Origin: Spirochaetota bacterium
Lineage (GTDB): Bacteria > Spirochaetota > Spirochaetia > Treponematales > UBA12059
Length of the DNA stretch: 64,000 bases
Assembly (NCBI GenBank): GCA_031402655.1
Contig: JANNSO010000054.1
Location: 19,058-83,057, forward strand
Reading direction: 5' to 3'
Shown here: positions 28,178 to 37,812 of the stretch, one piece after another
How the letters are laid out: each line of letters opens with the position of its first letter
Position numbering within the stretch: the first letter of the stretch is position 1
The notes under the pieces: model-generated
Databases searched by the model: none
Told to the model about the DNA's origin: nothing
What the model saw: only the letters and a program-made list of their open reading frames with translations
Position numbers and translations under genes: made by a program

Positions 28178-29350
28178 ATGACTGACACAAGCACTATAGT
28201 CGAGCTGAACGGCAGACGATTCGTCATAATCGGCACAGCCCATGTATCGCAGGAAAGCGTCAACGACGTTGGCCGGGCATTCGAGGAAGAGAAACCGGAC
28301 CGGCTCTGCGTCGAGCTGGATGCCGCTCGCCTCAATTCCATGACCAATCCCGACTCCTGGGAAAAAATGAACATCGTCAAGGTAATCAAGGATGGAAAAG
28401 CCTTCCTGCTTTTAGCCAATCTCGCATTGGCCTCGTTTCAAAAAAAAATGGGTGCGGACGCGGGCATAAAACCGGGCGCAGAAATGCTGGCCGCGGTAAA
28501 AGCCGCCGAGCTTGCGGGAATCCCCTACTCACTGTGCGACCGCGACGTGCAAACCACCTTGCGGCGAGCCTGGAGCAAGTCCAATTTTTGGAACAAAGCA
28601 AAACTCCTGGCCCAGCTCGTCGGAGGAGCGTTTACTTCCGAAAAACCCGACGCCGCGGAAATCGAGAAACTAAAGGACAAATCCGAACTGGATTCCATGA
28701 TGACCGAGCTTGCGGATTATCTTCCCAGCGTCAAGGAAGTACTCATCGACGAGCGCGACCGCTATCTGGCGGCCAAAATATGGTCCTCTTCAGGTTCTCG
28801 CGTACTTGCGGTGGTAGGCGCGGGACACGCGCCAGGCATTGCCGCCTGGCTTGAAAAATTCGCGGGCGGCGAATCCACCGATATCGGCGGCATCGACACG
28901 GTGCCTCCAAAGAGCCTGCTGTCCAAGGCCGCCGGCTGGGCGCTTCCCGCCCTCATCGTCGCTTTAATTGTAGCCGGTTTTTTTACCTCCGGCGCCGATA
29001 AGAGTCTCGAACTCGTCGTGCGCTGGCTGCTCCTGAACGGCTCGCTGGCGGCTTTGGGCTCGCTTTTGTGCCTGGCTCATCCTTTGACCATACTCGTGTC
29101 ATTCGTAAGCGCGCCCCTCGCGACCCTCAACCCGTTTCTGGCGGTGGGCATGTTCGCCGGACTCTGCGAAGCATGGCTCCGGAAACCCCAGGTCGCGGAT
29201 TTCGAGAACCTGAGCTCGGACAGTACCAGCATCCGGGGATTCTACCGTAACAAAGTAACCCATATCCTGCTTATCTTTTTCCTATCCAGCATCGGCGGGG
29301 CTATCGGCAACTTTATCAGCATTCCCGCATTGGCATTGGGGCTTAAATGA
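28178..29350 (+). CDS. TraB/GumN family protein
   Basis: N-terminal signature FVIIGTAHVSQESV, ERDRYLA, and C-terminal TM segments. Confidence 0.85.
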   Translation: MTDTSTIVELNGRRFVIIGTAHVSQESVNDVGRAFEEEKPDRLCVELDAARLNSMTNPDSWEKMNIVKVIKDGKAFLLLANLALASFQKKMGADAGIKPGAEMLAAVKAAELAGIPYSLCDRDVQTTLRRAWSKSNFWNKAKLLAQLVGGAFTSEKPDAAEIEKLKDKSELDSMMTELADYLPSVKEVLIDERDRYLAAKIWSSSGSRVLAVVGAGHAPGIAAWLEKFAGGESTDIGGIDTVPPKSLLSKAAGWALPALIVALIVAGFFTSGADKSLELVVRWLLLNGSLAALGSLLCLAHPLTILVSFVSAPLATLNPFLAVGMFAGLCEAWLRKPQVADFENLSSDSTSIRGFYRNKVTHILLIFFLSSIGGAIGNFISIPALALGLK

Positions 29351-29378
29351 TGGCGGGTAAGCGGGAAGTCGCGAAAGC

Positions 29379-30302
29379 CTAGTCTTTCAAGCGCATTTCG
29401 TTGAGCCCGTATTGTTCGGCATGTTCGCCTCCGCCGGCGGGTTCGACGTGCACCACGATGTCATAAACGCCTTCGATGCGGTCTTTGATGGCTTTTTCCA
29501 CCGATTGCGCGATGTCGTGGGCTTCGCGTACGGTTTTGCCGCCGTCCACCTCGATGTCCAGGTCGATGTCGTAGAAGGACGCAAGCTTGCGGACACGAGT
29601 GCGGTGCGGGTTCCCGGCTCCGGATACCGAGCGGACAGCCTCGAAAACCGAGTGGTACAAGGCGGGATCGGCGCTGCCGTCCATTATTTCCTCACTTGCC
29701 TCGCGAAACACCCCGACTGCCGACTTCATGACCCAAAGACTCACCAGTATCGCCATGATCGCATCTACCAAAGGAGTCTTGAGCAGCTGCGTCAGGACGA
29801 GGCCAACCAGGACGCTCAGCGACATGATTACGTCGTTGCGCATGTTTTTACCGTTGGCGATCAGCATTGACGAGTTGGTTTTTTTACCGATGGCGAATTG
29901 CGTCCATGCCAGGAACAATTTGCCGATTACCGAGGCGATGGTTGCCCAGATAGCCAAAGCCGATGGAATCTCGCTGGACAAGCCGCTGCGCAGGTTATGG
30001 ATAGTAGTCAGCAGCAATTGGGCTCCCGCGAAAAAAATGACAAAAGAAAGTATTGCGGTAGCCGTGGTTTCCGCTCGGGCGTGGCCATAGGGGTGCTCTT
30101 TATCCGAAGGTTTCACGCTTATCGAGGCTGCCATAAACGCTATGAGGGAAATCACGACGTCAGTCGAGGAATCCACACCGTCTCCCACGACCGCCAGGGA
30201 TCCTGCGATGAAGCCGCCTGCTATTTTAACGACCGCCAATACCGCGTTGCCCCAAAGGCTTATGGAAGCGGCTAATTTTATTTGTCCTGTTCTGTCTTGC
30301 AT
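29379..30302 (-). CDS. cation diffusion facilitator (CDF) family transporter
   Basis: 307 aa. Six TM helices with the DSSTD / HxxxD-type pattern, and a C-terminal cytoplasmic domain (DLDIEVDG..VVHVEP). Confidence 0.9.
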   Translation of the reverse strand: MQDRTGQIKLAASISLWGNAVLAVVKIAGGFIAGSLAVVGDGVDSSTDVVISLIAFMAASISVKPSDKEHPYGHARAETTATAILSFVIFFAGAQLLLTTIHNLRSGLSSEIPSALAIWATIASVIGKLFLAWTQFAIGKKTNSSMLIANGKNMRNDVIMSLSVLVGLVLTQLLKTPLVDAIMAILVSLWVMKSAVGVFREASEEIMDGSADPALYHSVFEAVRSVSGAGNPHRTRVRKLASFYDIDLDIEVDGGKTVREAHDIAQSVEKAIKDRIEGVYDIVVHVEPAGGGEHAEQYGLNEMRLKD

Positions 30303-30423
30303 AGAACGAGTCTAGATGTAAAAAAGCAAAAACGCAAGAAAAGAAGGGCTTTTGATAATCGATATCAATGACAGGCAGTACGCGGTTCACCCTTAAAAAA
30401 AATCGCTAATGCGCGTATCTTTC

Positions 30424-30452
30424 TTGAAATTTGCCTTTCTATCATCTATGAT
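30424..30452 (+). promoter_or_regulatory. putative sigma70-type promoter
   Basis: TTGAAA (30424..30429)-17 nt-TATGAT (30447..30452), about 40 nt upstream of the small ORF and REC-PP2C gene. Confidence 0.45.
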
Positions 30453-30490
30453 AATGGATACATCGGGTAAAACCGGAGGAGCATACTGTA

Positions 30491-30625
30491 ATGGCCTATA
30501 AACTTGACGGAGCGAAATTCGCTACAATAGAGGAGCTTGTCGAAGCTCTTTATCCTATGTACGCTGACAAAATGTCCGAAGCAGAATTTAAAAAATATGC
30601 AGAGGAAAAAGCGGAGAAAAGCTGA
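30491..30625 (+). CDS. small hypothetical protein (44 aa)
   Basis: Below the ORF-track cutoff. ATG 8 nt after GGAGGAG. MAYKLDGAKFATIEELVEALYPMYADKMSEAEFKKYAEEKAEKS. Ends 9 nt before the REC-PP2C gene. Coding status unproven. Confidence 0.3.
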   Translation: MAYKLDGAKFATIEELVEALYPMYADKMSEAEFKKYAEEKAEKS

Positions 30626-30634
30626 GGCTCTTCC

Positions 30635-32287
30635 ATGAGTGTAGATGAACGCTCGCGCTTTCGGCACGAAGCCCGCACCTTTCTCAATCATATAATTGGC
30701 TATGCCGAACTTCTTGCAGTGCAAGCCGAATCAAGCCCGGATCAGCTTCTTTCTTCCGCGCTTACGCAGATGAGAACCGCGGCCGTAGGGTTAAGGGAAC
30801 CGGTTCAGGAATATCTTCTGGCACTGACGGCTGATTCCGACAAGCAGGCACCCGCCGAGGTGCTTGAAGAGTTGAAAAAAAGGATCTATTCCTATATATA
30901 CGACGTTATTTCCCTAACCCAGACATCTCGCAGACTGGCCGTAGCAGCCGCTGAAAAAGACATACAATCCGATGTCCAGAAAGTCCATGAAGCCTCCAAC
31001 TCGCTCGTAGACCTGTTCTCTGATTTTTCGGAGGAAGCATCCTATAACAAAAAAACAGGTGAAACGATACCGAATGCGCCTCGCGCGGCCTTCGTCGATA
31101 CCGCAAAAGCAAAACGCGCGGGAAGAATCTTGATCGTTGACGACAACGAGTTCAACCGTGACCTCCTGGCACGGCATCTGGAACGCCAGGGTCACGTCGT
31201 ATGCGTGGCAGGCGACGGGCGCGAGGCATTCGAGATATTGGAAAAAGCGCCTTTCGACATCGTGCTTCTGGACGTTATGATGCCGGGGATGAACGGTTTC
31301 CAGTTTTTGGAAGTGCTCAAGGCCGATACCAAGCTCCGCGACCTTTCGGTTATTGTAATATCAGCCCTCGAAGATTCGGTATCCATAGCCCACTGCATCG
31401 AAATGGGCGCGGAAGATTACCTTCTGCGCGAATTCGATCCCATCATCCTCCGGGCGCGAATCGACAACCTGCTTGAAAAAAAAGAATACAAAAAGCAAAA
31501 CGACCTCGTGATGCACCGCCTGATGGATACGCAGACAAAGCTCGCGGCGGAGCTTCGCGACGCAGCTACCTATGTGCGCAGCCTACTGCCTAAACGCCTC
31601 CGCTGGAACCACGTTGCCGCCGACTGGGCGTTTACGCCCTCTCTCAGTTTAGGCGGCGACTGTTTCTATTACCACCGTATCGACGAAAACCGCCTCTGCC
31701 TATTTCTAATAGACGTCAGTGGACACGGTATCGAGGCAGCCCTGCTTTCCGTCACCATCATGAACGTCCTGCGAAACCTGAGCCTGGGCAATGCGGATCT
31801 CGGCTCGCCTGCCAGCGTCCTGAATCTCCTGAACCGATCCTTCCGAATCGAGGATCAGAACAACATGTTCTTTACCATATGGTACGGGGTTTACGACGCC
31901 TCCACCAGGACACTGCGCTACGCATCGGGCGGTGCTCCACCCGCGATATTTATTGGTCCCGATGGAAAGACGACGGAATTAAGCGGTAACGGTTGCATAA
32001 TCGGAGTGGATGAAACCGCCGCTTACGAGGAAAATTCGGTAAGCATACTTCCGGGCTCCCATATGTATTTATTCAGCGACGGTATTTTCGAAGTACGCAA
32101 AAGCGACTCTACCATGCTGGAGTGGCAGGAGTTCATGGACATACTCCTCGTGCACCATCACGAATGCGCCATGGCTCCCTCCTGCCTGTCTCCGATAAAC
32201 CGGATCGTGGAAGCGGTACGCGCCATTACCGGGCAGGAATATTTCGACGACGATGTATCCATCATGGAGTTTGCGTTTAATGACTGA
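30635..32287 (+). CDS. response-regulator receiver / PP2C (SpoIIE) phosphatase fusion with H-box-like N-terminus
   Basis: REC: ILIVDDNEFNRDLL..DIVLLDVMMPGMNG. SpoIIE: GGDCFYY..FLIDVSGHGIEAALL..FSDGIFE..DDDVSIMEF. The N-terminal FRHEARTFLNHIIGYAELL resembles a histidine-kinase H-box. Confidence 0.9.
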   Translation: MSVDERSRFRHEARTFLNHIIGYAELLAVQAESSPDQLLSSALTQMRTAAVGLREPVQEYLLALTADSDKQAPAEVLEELKKRIYSYIYDVISLTQTSRRLAVAAAEKDIQSDVQKVHEASNSLVDLFSDFSEEASYNKKTGETIPNAPRAAFVDTAKAKRAGRILIVDDNEFNRDLLARHLERQGHVVCVAGDGREAFEILEKAPFDIVLLDVMMPGMNGFQFLEVLKADTKLRDLSVIVISALEDSVSIAHCIEMGAEDYLLREFDPIILRARIDNLLEKKEYKKQNDLVMHRLMDTQTKLAAELRDAATYVRSLLPKRLRWNHVAADWAFTPSLSLGGDCFYYHRIDENRLCLFLIDVSGHGIEAALLSVTIMNVLRNLSLGNADLGSPASVLNLLNRSFRIEDQNNMFFTIWYGVYDASTRTLRYASGGAPPAIFIGPDGKTTELSGNGCIIGVDETAAYEENSVSILPGSHMYLFSDGIFEVRKSDSTMLEWQEFMDILLVHHHECAMAPSCLSPINRIVEAVRAITGQEYFDDDVSIMEFAFND

Positions 32288-33293
32288 ATTGAAGATGCGC
32301 AGGCCAGACGATTTCCATGTGCACCTGCGGCAGGGACCCGCTCTGGCCTTATATTCAGCGCGATCCGCCCTGTATTTCGGGAGAATTCTGGTCATGCCCA
32401 ACGTAACGCCTCCGATAAGGAGCGCCACGGGCGTCATTGATTACCGGACGTCGATAGAACGCGCGCTGACGGTGGCAGGCGGACTCTGCAGCGCGCTAAT
32501 GAGCTTCAAGCTGATTCCCGGCATGGGAGCCGATGCCGTGTTTGCATGCGCCAAGGCCGGTGCCGTCGCGGGAAAATACTACCCGGCGGGCACAACCACC
32601 AACTCAGCCGACGGCGTTCCCAATCCACTGTCGATACGCGAAGAACTGCTGGCCATGGAAGAGTCCGGATTGGTGCTCTCCATACACGGAGAAGACCCCG
32701 CCGCGCCTGCGCTACAACGGGAAAGCGCTTTTTTACCGGTGCTCGAAAAGCTGGCTGCCGGGTATCCGAGGATGCGCATCGTCCTCGAGCATCTGTCCAC
32801 CGCGGACGCCGTTATTAAAATTTTATCACTTCCGGACCGCATAGCCGCCACGATCAGCGCGCACCACCTTGCCTACACCGTCGACGACGTCCTGGGCGAC
32901 CGGCTCGATGCGGCATATTTCTGCAAACCCGTCCTGAAGCACGAGTCGGACAGGCTGGCCCTGCTCGAGGCTGCGACATCCGGCTCGCCGCGCTTTTTTT
33001 TCGGCAGCGACAGCGCCCCGCACGCGCGCGCGGCCAAGGAAAGCGGCAAAGCCCCGGCCGGAGTGTACGCCGCGCCGGTTGCGCTCGCCATCCTTGCGCA
33101 GGTATTCGAACAAGCAGGCAAGTTGAGCGCACTGGAGCGATTCTGCTCCGAATCGGGTGCGCGCTTCTATGGACTTCCCCTTAACGGCGGGACTATTCGC
33201 CTGGCCCGCGAAGGATGGACTGTACCAGCCGAAATAGACGGCGTCGTTCCGCTGGCATCCGGCAAAATTCTAAGCTGGCAGGTCAAAGCCTAA
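32280..33293 (+). CDS. pyrC: dihydroorotase
   Basis: RRPDDFHVHLRQG (HxH metal site), as in E. coli-type PyrC. Start at ATG 32280, overlapping the upstream stop by 8 nt. Confidence 0.9.
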   Translation: MTELKMRRPDDFHVHLRQGPALALYSARSALYFGRILVMPNVTPPIRSATGVIDYRTSIERALTVAGGLCSALMSFKLIPGMGADAVFACAKAGAVAGKYYPAGTTTNSADGVPNPLSIREELLAMEESGLVLSIHGEDPAAPALQRESAFLPVLEKLAAGYPRMRIVLEHLSTADAVIKILSLPDRIAATISAHHLAYTVDDVLGDRLDAAYFCKPVLKHESDRLALLEAATSGSPRFFFGSDSAPHARAAKESGKAPAGVYAAPVALAILAQVFEQAGKLSALERFCSESGARFYGLPLNGGTIRLAREGWTVPAEIDGVVPLASGKILSWQVKA

Positions 33294-33384
33294 ACAGGCA
33301 GGAGACGCCGGATAGCGGCCGCTCTGCACGCCTTACGAGGATCGGTACAGGATTTCATTCTTGTGCAGTTCTTATAAAGATACT

Positions 33385-33418
33385 GGAAAAGCCTCTCCGA
33401 GGCTGGCTTTTCCTTTAC
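33385..33418 (+). terminator. putative intrinsic terminator after pyrC
   Basis: GGAAAAGCC (33385..33393) pairs with GGCTTTTCC (33405..33413). An inner AGCCTC/GAGGCT stem is possible. Followed by a T-rich tail. Confidence 0.45.
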
Positions 33419-33453
33419 ATTCGATTATAATCAAGAATGCAGTGGGGTACATT

Positions 33454-34230
33454 ATGATCGAGAATTCCGATACCGGCGGACGGGTATTATACAAGGACGC
33501 TGACCATCAATTTATATGGCTGGGTTCCGACTCGCACCAGAAACAAGGTGTCGTTCAAACCATGCAATACCTGCTAATCGACAAGGGTCGCGGAGTCCTG
33601 CTCGATCCGGGTGGAGTGCATCTGTTCCCCCGGGTCGTAGCGGCGGTTAGTCGTTATATATCCATAGAAGATATCGATACCATTTTCTTTTCCCACCAGG
33701 ATCCCGACGTTTCCAGCGGGATAGCCCTTTGGCTCGGCGTTACAAAAGCAAGAATGTATATTCCCGACCTGTGGCGGCGATTTCTGCCGCATTTTGGCAT
33801 CATGGATACGAGTCGCATCATGTCCATCGAGGAAACCGGCAAGTCGCTCAAGCTTGCCTCGGGGACAGAGCTCGTTTTTGTTCCGTCTCATTATATGCAT
33901 TCACCTGCGGCATTCTCCTTGTACGATAACCGCGCGCGCATTCTATTTTCCGCCGACATTGGCGGCGCCGTATTCCCCGATGGCCAGGAAACAGTTTTTG
34001 TCGATGATTTCCCCGGACATATCAAGCATATAGAAGGATTTCACAAGCGCCTTATCGGATCAAACTCGGTAGCCAGGCTCTGGGTGGATAATGCCCGCCG
34101 ACTTGCCCCGGACATGATAGCGCCCCAACATGGAGCCATTTACCACGGCGATTCCCTAAAAGCATTCCTTGACTGGCTTTCTGCCCTGAAATGCGGCATC
34201 GATATTGCAGAAACCCTGTACCGGATGTAA
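33454..34230 (+). CDS. MBL-fold di-iron protein (flavodiiron-core / ODP-like, no flavodoxin domain)
   Basis: [29 protein letters not shown] and IAPQHGAIY align with the di-iron ligand blocks of flavodiiron beta-lactamase-like domains. Start at ATG 33454, downstream of the terminator-like hairpin. Confidence 0.75.
   Translation: MIENSDTGGRVLYKDADHQFIWLGSDSHQKQGVVQTMQYLLIDKGRGVLLDPGGVHLFPRVVAAVSRYISIEDIDTIFFSHQDPDVSSGIALWLGVTKARMYIPDLWRRFLPHFGIMDTSRIMSIEETGKSLKLASGTELVFVPSHYMHSPAAFSLYDNRARILFSADIGGAVFPDGQETVFVDDFPGHIKHIEGFHKRLIGSNSVARLWVDNARRLAPDMIAPQHGAIYHGDSLKAFLDWLSALKCGIDIAETLYRM
33861..33873 (-). repeat. one-mismatch variant (GGGGACAGAGCTC on + strand) inside the MBL-fold gene
   Basis: Encodes SGTEL. 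Same variant as at 20482 and 46290. Confidence 0.8.
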
Positions 34231-34234
34231 TGCC

Positions 34235-35101
34235 ATGGAAGAAACAAATCAGCTGACACAGCGGGATAAAAATTACGGAGACGCGATATTCCGGTTTTCC
34301 ACCGGCTATAACAAAAGCGTCATACTTCAATCGGTAACTCAGCACTCACTGGATATACTCGACGAATCCATGTCGAACATCGAGTCGAGCCTGTCTACCA
34401 TCGTCACGGCGTTCGAGGAGATTCGAGCCACCAGCAGCAGCACCACCATAAATGCCGAGCGAATTGACGGCATGATGGGCGAAATACAGATAAATAACGA
34501 GGCAATGAACACAGGCATCGCCGGACGCATGAGCGACGTTGAAAAAGGGGTTTCCAGCGCTAAGGAAATCGGAGCCATGTTCAATCTGCTGCGCGAAAAA
34601 ACCAGCAAGGTAGTCGGCATTACGGGTTCTATACGAGACGTTTCCGACCGAACAAATATTCTAGCCATAAATGCGTCGATAGAAGCGGCCAGAGCCGGAA
34701 ATTTCGGCAGGGGCTTCAGGATCATCGCCGACGAGGTGCGAACTCTCGCCGGTCAGACGGGCGATTTCGCGAAGCAGATAGATACCAGCCTCGGGGATTT
34801 CAGCGAGGCGGTAAATGCCATGACCAAACGCATGAACGAATTTGTGGAAATGTTCACCCGCTTCCGTGAATCTTTCGCCGAAGTTATGGCGAACTCGCGA
34901 GAAAACGCCACCAGCGTTAAAAACGCAGGTCAGCTTTTAACGCAAATATCAGGCGCAATCAAAGAAGAAACAATCGCCTTGAGCGATGGCCTCCACTCGC
35001 TTGAGACCATATCTTCAAACGCCAAAGATACGCACGCGGTCTTCGGCGCTTTAAAAGATAGTCATTCATTCCTTGATACTCTGCTCGGCAAGGCGGATTG
35101 A
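34235..35101 (+). CDS. soluble methyl-accepting chemotaxis protein (signalling domain only)
   Basis: Highly conserved MCP hairpin [38 protein letters not shown]. No TM segment. ATG 34235 is 4 nt after the upstream stop. Confidence 0.85.
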   Translation: MEETNQLTQRDKNYGDAIFRFSTGYNKSVILQSVTQHSLDILDESMSNIESSLSTIVTAFEEIRATSSSTTINAERIDGMMGEIQINNEAMNTGIAGRMSDVEKGVSSAKEIGAMFNLLREKTSKVVGITGSIRDVSDRTNILAINASIEAARAGNFGRGFRIIADEVRTLAGQTGDFAKQIDTSLGDFSEAVNAMTKRMNEFVEMFTRFRESFAEVMANSRENATSVKNAGQLLTQISGAIKEETIALSDGLHSLETISSNAKDTHAVFGALKDSHSFLDTLLGKAD

Positions 35102-36068
35102 TCCGGTGCGTGCCGTGATCACCGACAACCGGTTCGGAAACGTATCGGAGGAACGCGATGTGCTCGACCCGCTGGGAATAGACCTGGAAGTAGCGCAGTG
35201 CCGCTCATCCGCCGATGTGGGACGCGCATGCGCCGATGCCGACGCGGTACTGGTAAACATGGCTCCCGTGGATGCCGAAGCAATAGCTGCCATGCAGAAT
35301 TGCCGGGTAATTGCCCGTTACGGAATAGGCCTCGACAATATCGATCTTGACGCCGCACAAAAGCGAAATATTAAAGTTTACAACGTAACTGGCTATTGCG
35401 ACGATGATGTGGCTCAGCACGCGTTGGGTATGCTTCTCGCAATGCTCCGCGACATACCAGGCAGGAACGCTGCCGTTCATAACGGGGCATGGAACCTGCC
35501 TGCAGCCCAATACACCGTAGCCGGAGCCAGCATCGGGGTATTAGGATTCGGCGGATCTGGCAAAGCGTTTACGCGATCGATACTTGCCTTGAATCCCGCA
35601 CGCATCATGGTCTACAGTCCCAGTACCGATCAAGCAAAGCTTGACGCGCAATTGGGGTCTCTCGCTTCCCTCATGGGCATCCCGCTTATCGCCGTAACCC
35701 GCGACAGGCTCCTCGCGGAAGCATCGATTATAGCGATACACCTGCGGCTCTGCGACGACACGCGAGCCCTGTTTAACGATGACGCCTTTGCCCGCATGCG
35801 ACGCGGCAGTTTTCTCGTAAACACCGCGAGAGGTGCTATCATTGACCCTAATGCTCTGCAGCGTGCGCTCGATTCAGGTATTATTTCAGGCGCCGCTCTC
35901 GATGTGCTCGATACCGAACCACCCCCCATCGGCCACCCCCTTTTGGGACACCCGCGAGTGCTTTTATCCGATCATTGCGCTTATCGGTCTGTGCGCTCCA
36001 TACATGAGCTGAAGCGCCGTACAGCGGAAAACGCAGCCAGAGGGTTAGGACTCCTGCCACCCGAATAA
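35073..36068 (+). CDS. D-isomer-specific 2-hydroxyacid dehydrogenase (CtBP-like)
   Basis: NAD fold [11 protein letters not shown] and catalytic region [15 protein letters not shown] 35106 is an alternative start that avoids overlap with the MCP gene. Confidence 0.85.
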   Translation: MILCSARRIDPVRAVITDNRFGNVSEERDVLDPLGIDLEVAQCRSSADVGRACADADAVLVNMAPVDAEAIAAMQNCRVIARYGIGLDNIDLDAAQKRNIKVYNVTGYCDDDVAQHALGMLLAMLRDIPGRNAAVHNGAWNLPAAQYTVAGASIGVLGFGGSGKAFTRSILALNPARIMVYSPSTDQAKLDAQLGSLASLMGIPLIAVTRDRLLAEASIIAIHLRLCDDTRALFNDDAFARMRRGSFLVNTARGAIIDPNALQRALDSGIISGAALDVLDTEPPPIGHPLLGHPRVLLSDHCAYRSVRSIHELKRRTAENAARGLGLLPPE

Positions 36069-36177
36069 AGTCCCCTCAGTTACCGCCCCCCAAGCGCTTC
36101 CTTTGCACCCAGCAATTCATGCCCTGAACCTCCCAAAATGAGGCTCCCGGTAAAATATAGCGCGATACGGATATAAT

Positions 36178-36190
36178 CAGCCCTGTCCCC
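36178..36190 (+). repeat. intergenic copy CAGCCCTGTCCCC
   Basis: Exact 12-mer, followed by AAGGGC (a short GCCC/GGGC stem is possible). Confidence 0.9.
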
Positions 36191-36265
36191 AAGGGCATAT
36201 TTTCGATCTGGTCCTGTTTCGAACTAGCCGTTGCAACAATTCAGCCGCCAGAGTATTCTTGCTCA

Positions 36266-37345
36266 GTGAATACAACTAACAACGATCGCACCACGACACC
36301 CCGACGCTCCGAACTGGCAATCTGCGGCATGGAAGCCGTACGAGCTCTCGCAGACGCGCGCCCCGATGCAGTCCGTCGCCTCTTTTTCAGCGAGGAAGCG
36401 GCACCCGCCTTTGGCTCCCTCTGTTCTCATTTGGCCACGCAGAAAAGACTATACCGCATAGCCGAATCTGCGGAACTTGAACGGCTTTCCGGCAGCATTC
36501 ACCATCAAGGCGTCGTAGCTATGATTCACGACGATAAGCTTCAAACGCTCACCAGCGACGTGATTCAAGCCTGGGCAGCAGAAAACGCCAGAGTCCTGCT
36601 GCTCGACCGGGTAGGCGACGACCATAACCTCGGATCCATCGCAAGGTCCGCAGCCTTTTTCGGGTACAGCGCAATTATACTTACTAAAACGGAAGGCTCG
36701 GCGAAACTATCAACGAGCGCATATCGCGTAGCCCGCGGCGGGCTCGAACGCTTGCAGGTTTATATCGAAGACAGTGCACAAGCCTGCATCAAGCGATGCA
36801 AGGGATTACTAACCAGTGCGGGAGCCGATCATAGAGGAGGAATCGATCTCCGCGATTTCAAAGCCAAACACGGAACCGGGAACCTGCCTCCCGTAATCAT
36901 CCCCAATGAAAATCCACGAGGTTCCGGCCACGCAAGAACCGGCGAACCAGAAATCGCCCCAAGCCCCAGCTCTCGTGGAATACTCGTTGTATTCGGCAAT
37001 GAGGAGACGGGATTATCGGCAGGCGCCAGGGCTTCTTGTGATTACCTGATCCGCATTTGCGGTATTGGCTCAGTCGAAAGCCTCAATGTTTCTCAAGCAG
37101 CAACTGTTTTTCTCTACGAGCTTGCACCCACAGCCTGGACTGCCCAACCTTCTTTTTCGAGCCCGCCTGACAATGAATCACACGTTTCGCAAGGTGACTT
37201 CCCGAAGGCTTTTCGCCCAAGTGGTCAGTCACGACCCACGGATTCCAATAAGAGACCACGCCCGCAACATGACTCCAGAAATCCATTGCGCACGCCTTCC
37301 GGAACTCCGGGGAAACCCAGGTTTACCCGCCCCGACAGGAAGTAA
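36266..37345 (+). CDS. TrmH/SpoU-family RNA 2'-O-methyltransferase (RlmB-like) with basic low-complexity tail
   Basis: SpoU motifs LLLDRVGDDHNLGSIARSA, VVFGNEETGLS and ESLNVSQAATVFLYEL. GTG start. About 70-aa Pro/Arg/Ser-rich C-terminal tail. Confidence 0.85.
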   Translation: MNTTNNDRTTTPRRSELAICGMEAVRALADARPDAVRRLFFSEEAAPAFGSLCSHLATQKRLYRIAESAELERLSGSIHHQGVVAMIHDDKLQTLTSDVIQAWAAENARVLLLDRVGDDHNLGSIARSAAFFGYSAIILTKTEGSAKLSTSAYRVARGGLERLQVYIEDSAQACIKRCKGLLTSAGADHRGGIDLRDFKAKHGTGNLPPVIIPNENPRGSGHARTGEPEIAPSPSSRGILVVFGNEETGLSAGARASCDYLIRICGIGSVESLNVSQAATVFLYELAPTAWTAQPSFSSPPDNESHVSQGDFPKAFRPSGQSRPTDSNKRPRPQHDSRNPLRTPSGTPGKPRFTRPDRK

Positions 37346-37351
37346 AAACGC

Positions 37352-37747
37352 ATGCGGGTCATGCTCGATACGAATTGCATCGACGCGCTGCTCAAGGACA
37401 TAGAAACCTATTCAGCCTTGCTGAACCGCAAGGATATTCGGCTGCTGGTAACTCAAATACAAATAGAGGAACTACAGGCTATTCCTGAAGCGCAAAAGCG
37501 CCAAGCAGCGCTTGCGATAGCAAAAACTCTATGCTCAACACTTACTGCACCTTCAACAAACGGGGAACAAGGACAATGGGACTTCAAACATGCCCATGAT
37601 AAAGCCATACTTGCAGCCTCAAAACACTGCCGCATGCTTGTTTCTAATGATTTAGGCCTTCTTAACCTTGCAAATGCAAATGGGAAACGGGCAATTACCT
37701 GGAGTGTTTTTGTGAAGAATTTTGTATTTTCAGCTAAAAAGTTTTAA
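37352..37747 (+). CDS. PIN-domain protein (VapC-like nuclease fold)
   Basis: 131 aa. MLDTN at the N-terminus, then QIEEL, HDKAILAA and LVSNDLGL, placing four acidic residues in the PIN pattern. No adjacent antitoxin-sized ORF seen. Confidence 0.55.
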   Translation: MRVMLDTNCIDALLKDIETYSALLNRKDIRLLVTQIQIEELQAIPEAQKRQAALAIAKTLCSTLTAPSTNGEQGQWDFKHAHDKAILAASKHCRMLVSNDLGLLNLANANGKRAITWSVFVKNFVFSAKKF

Positions 37748-37812
37748 AGACTAAATAAAACCGAAAATATTAAGACTTTGGGGGGACCTCTGTTTACTCT
37801 CACCCCATACAT

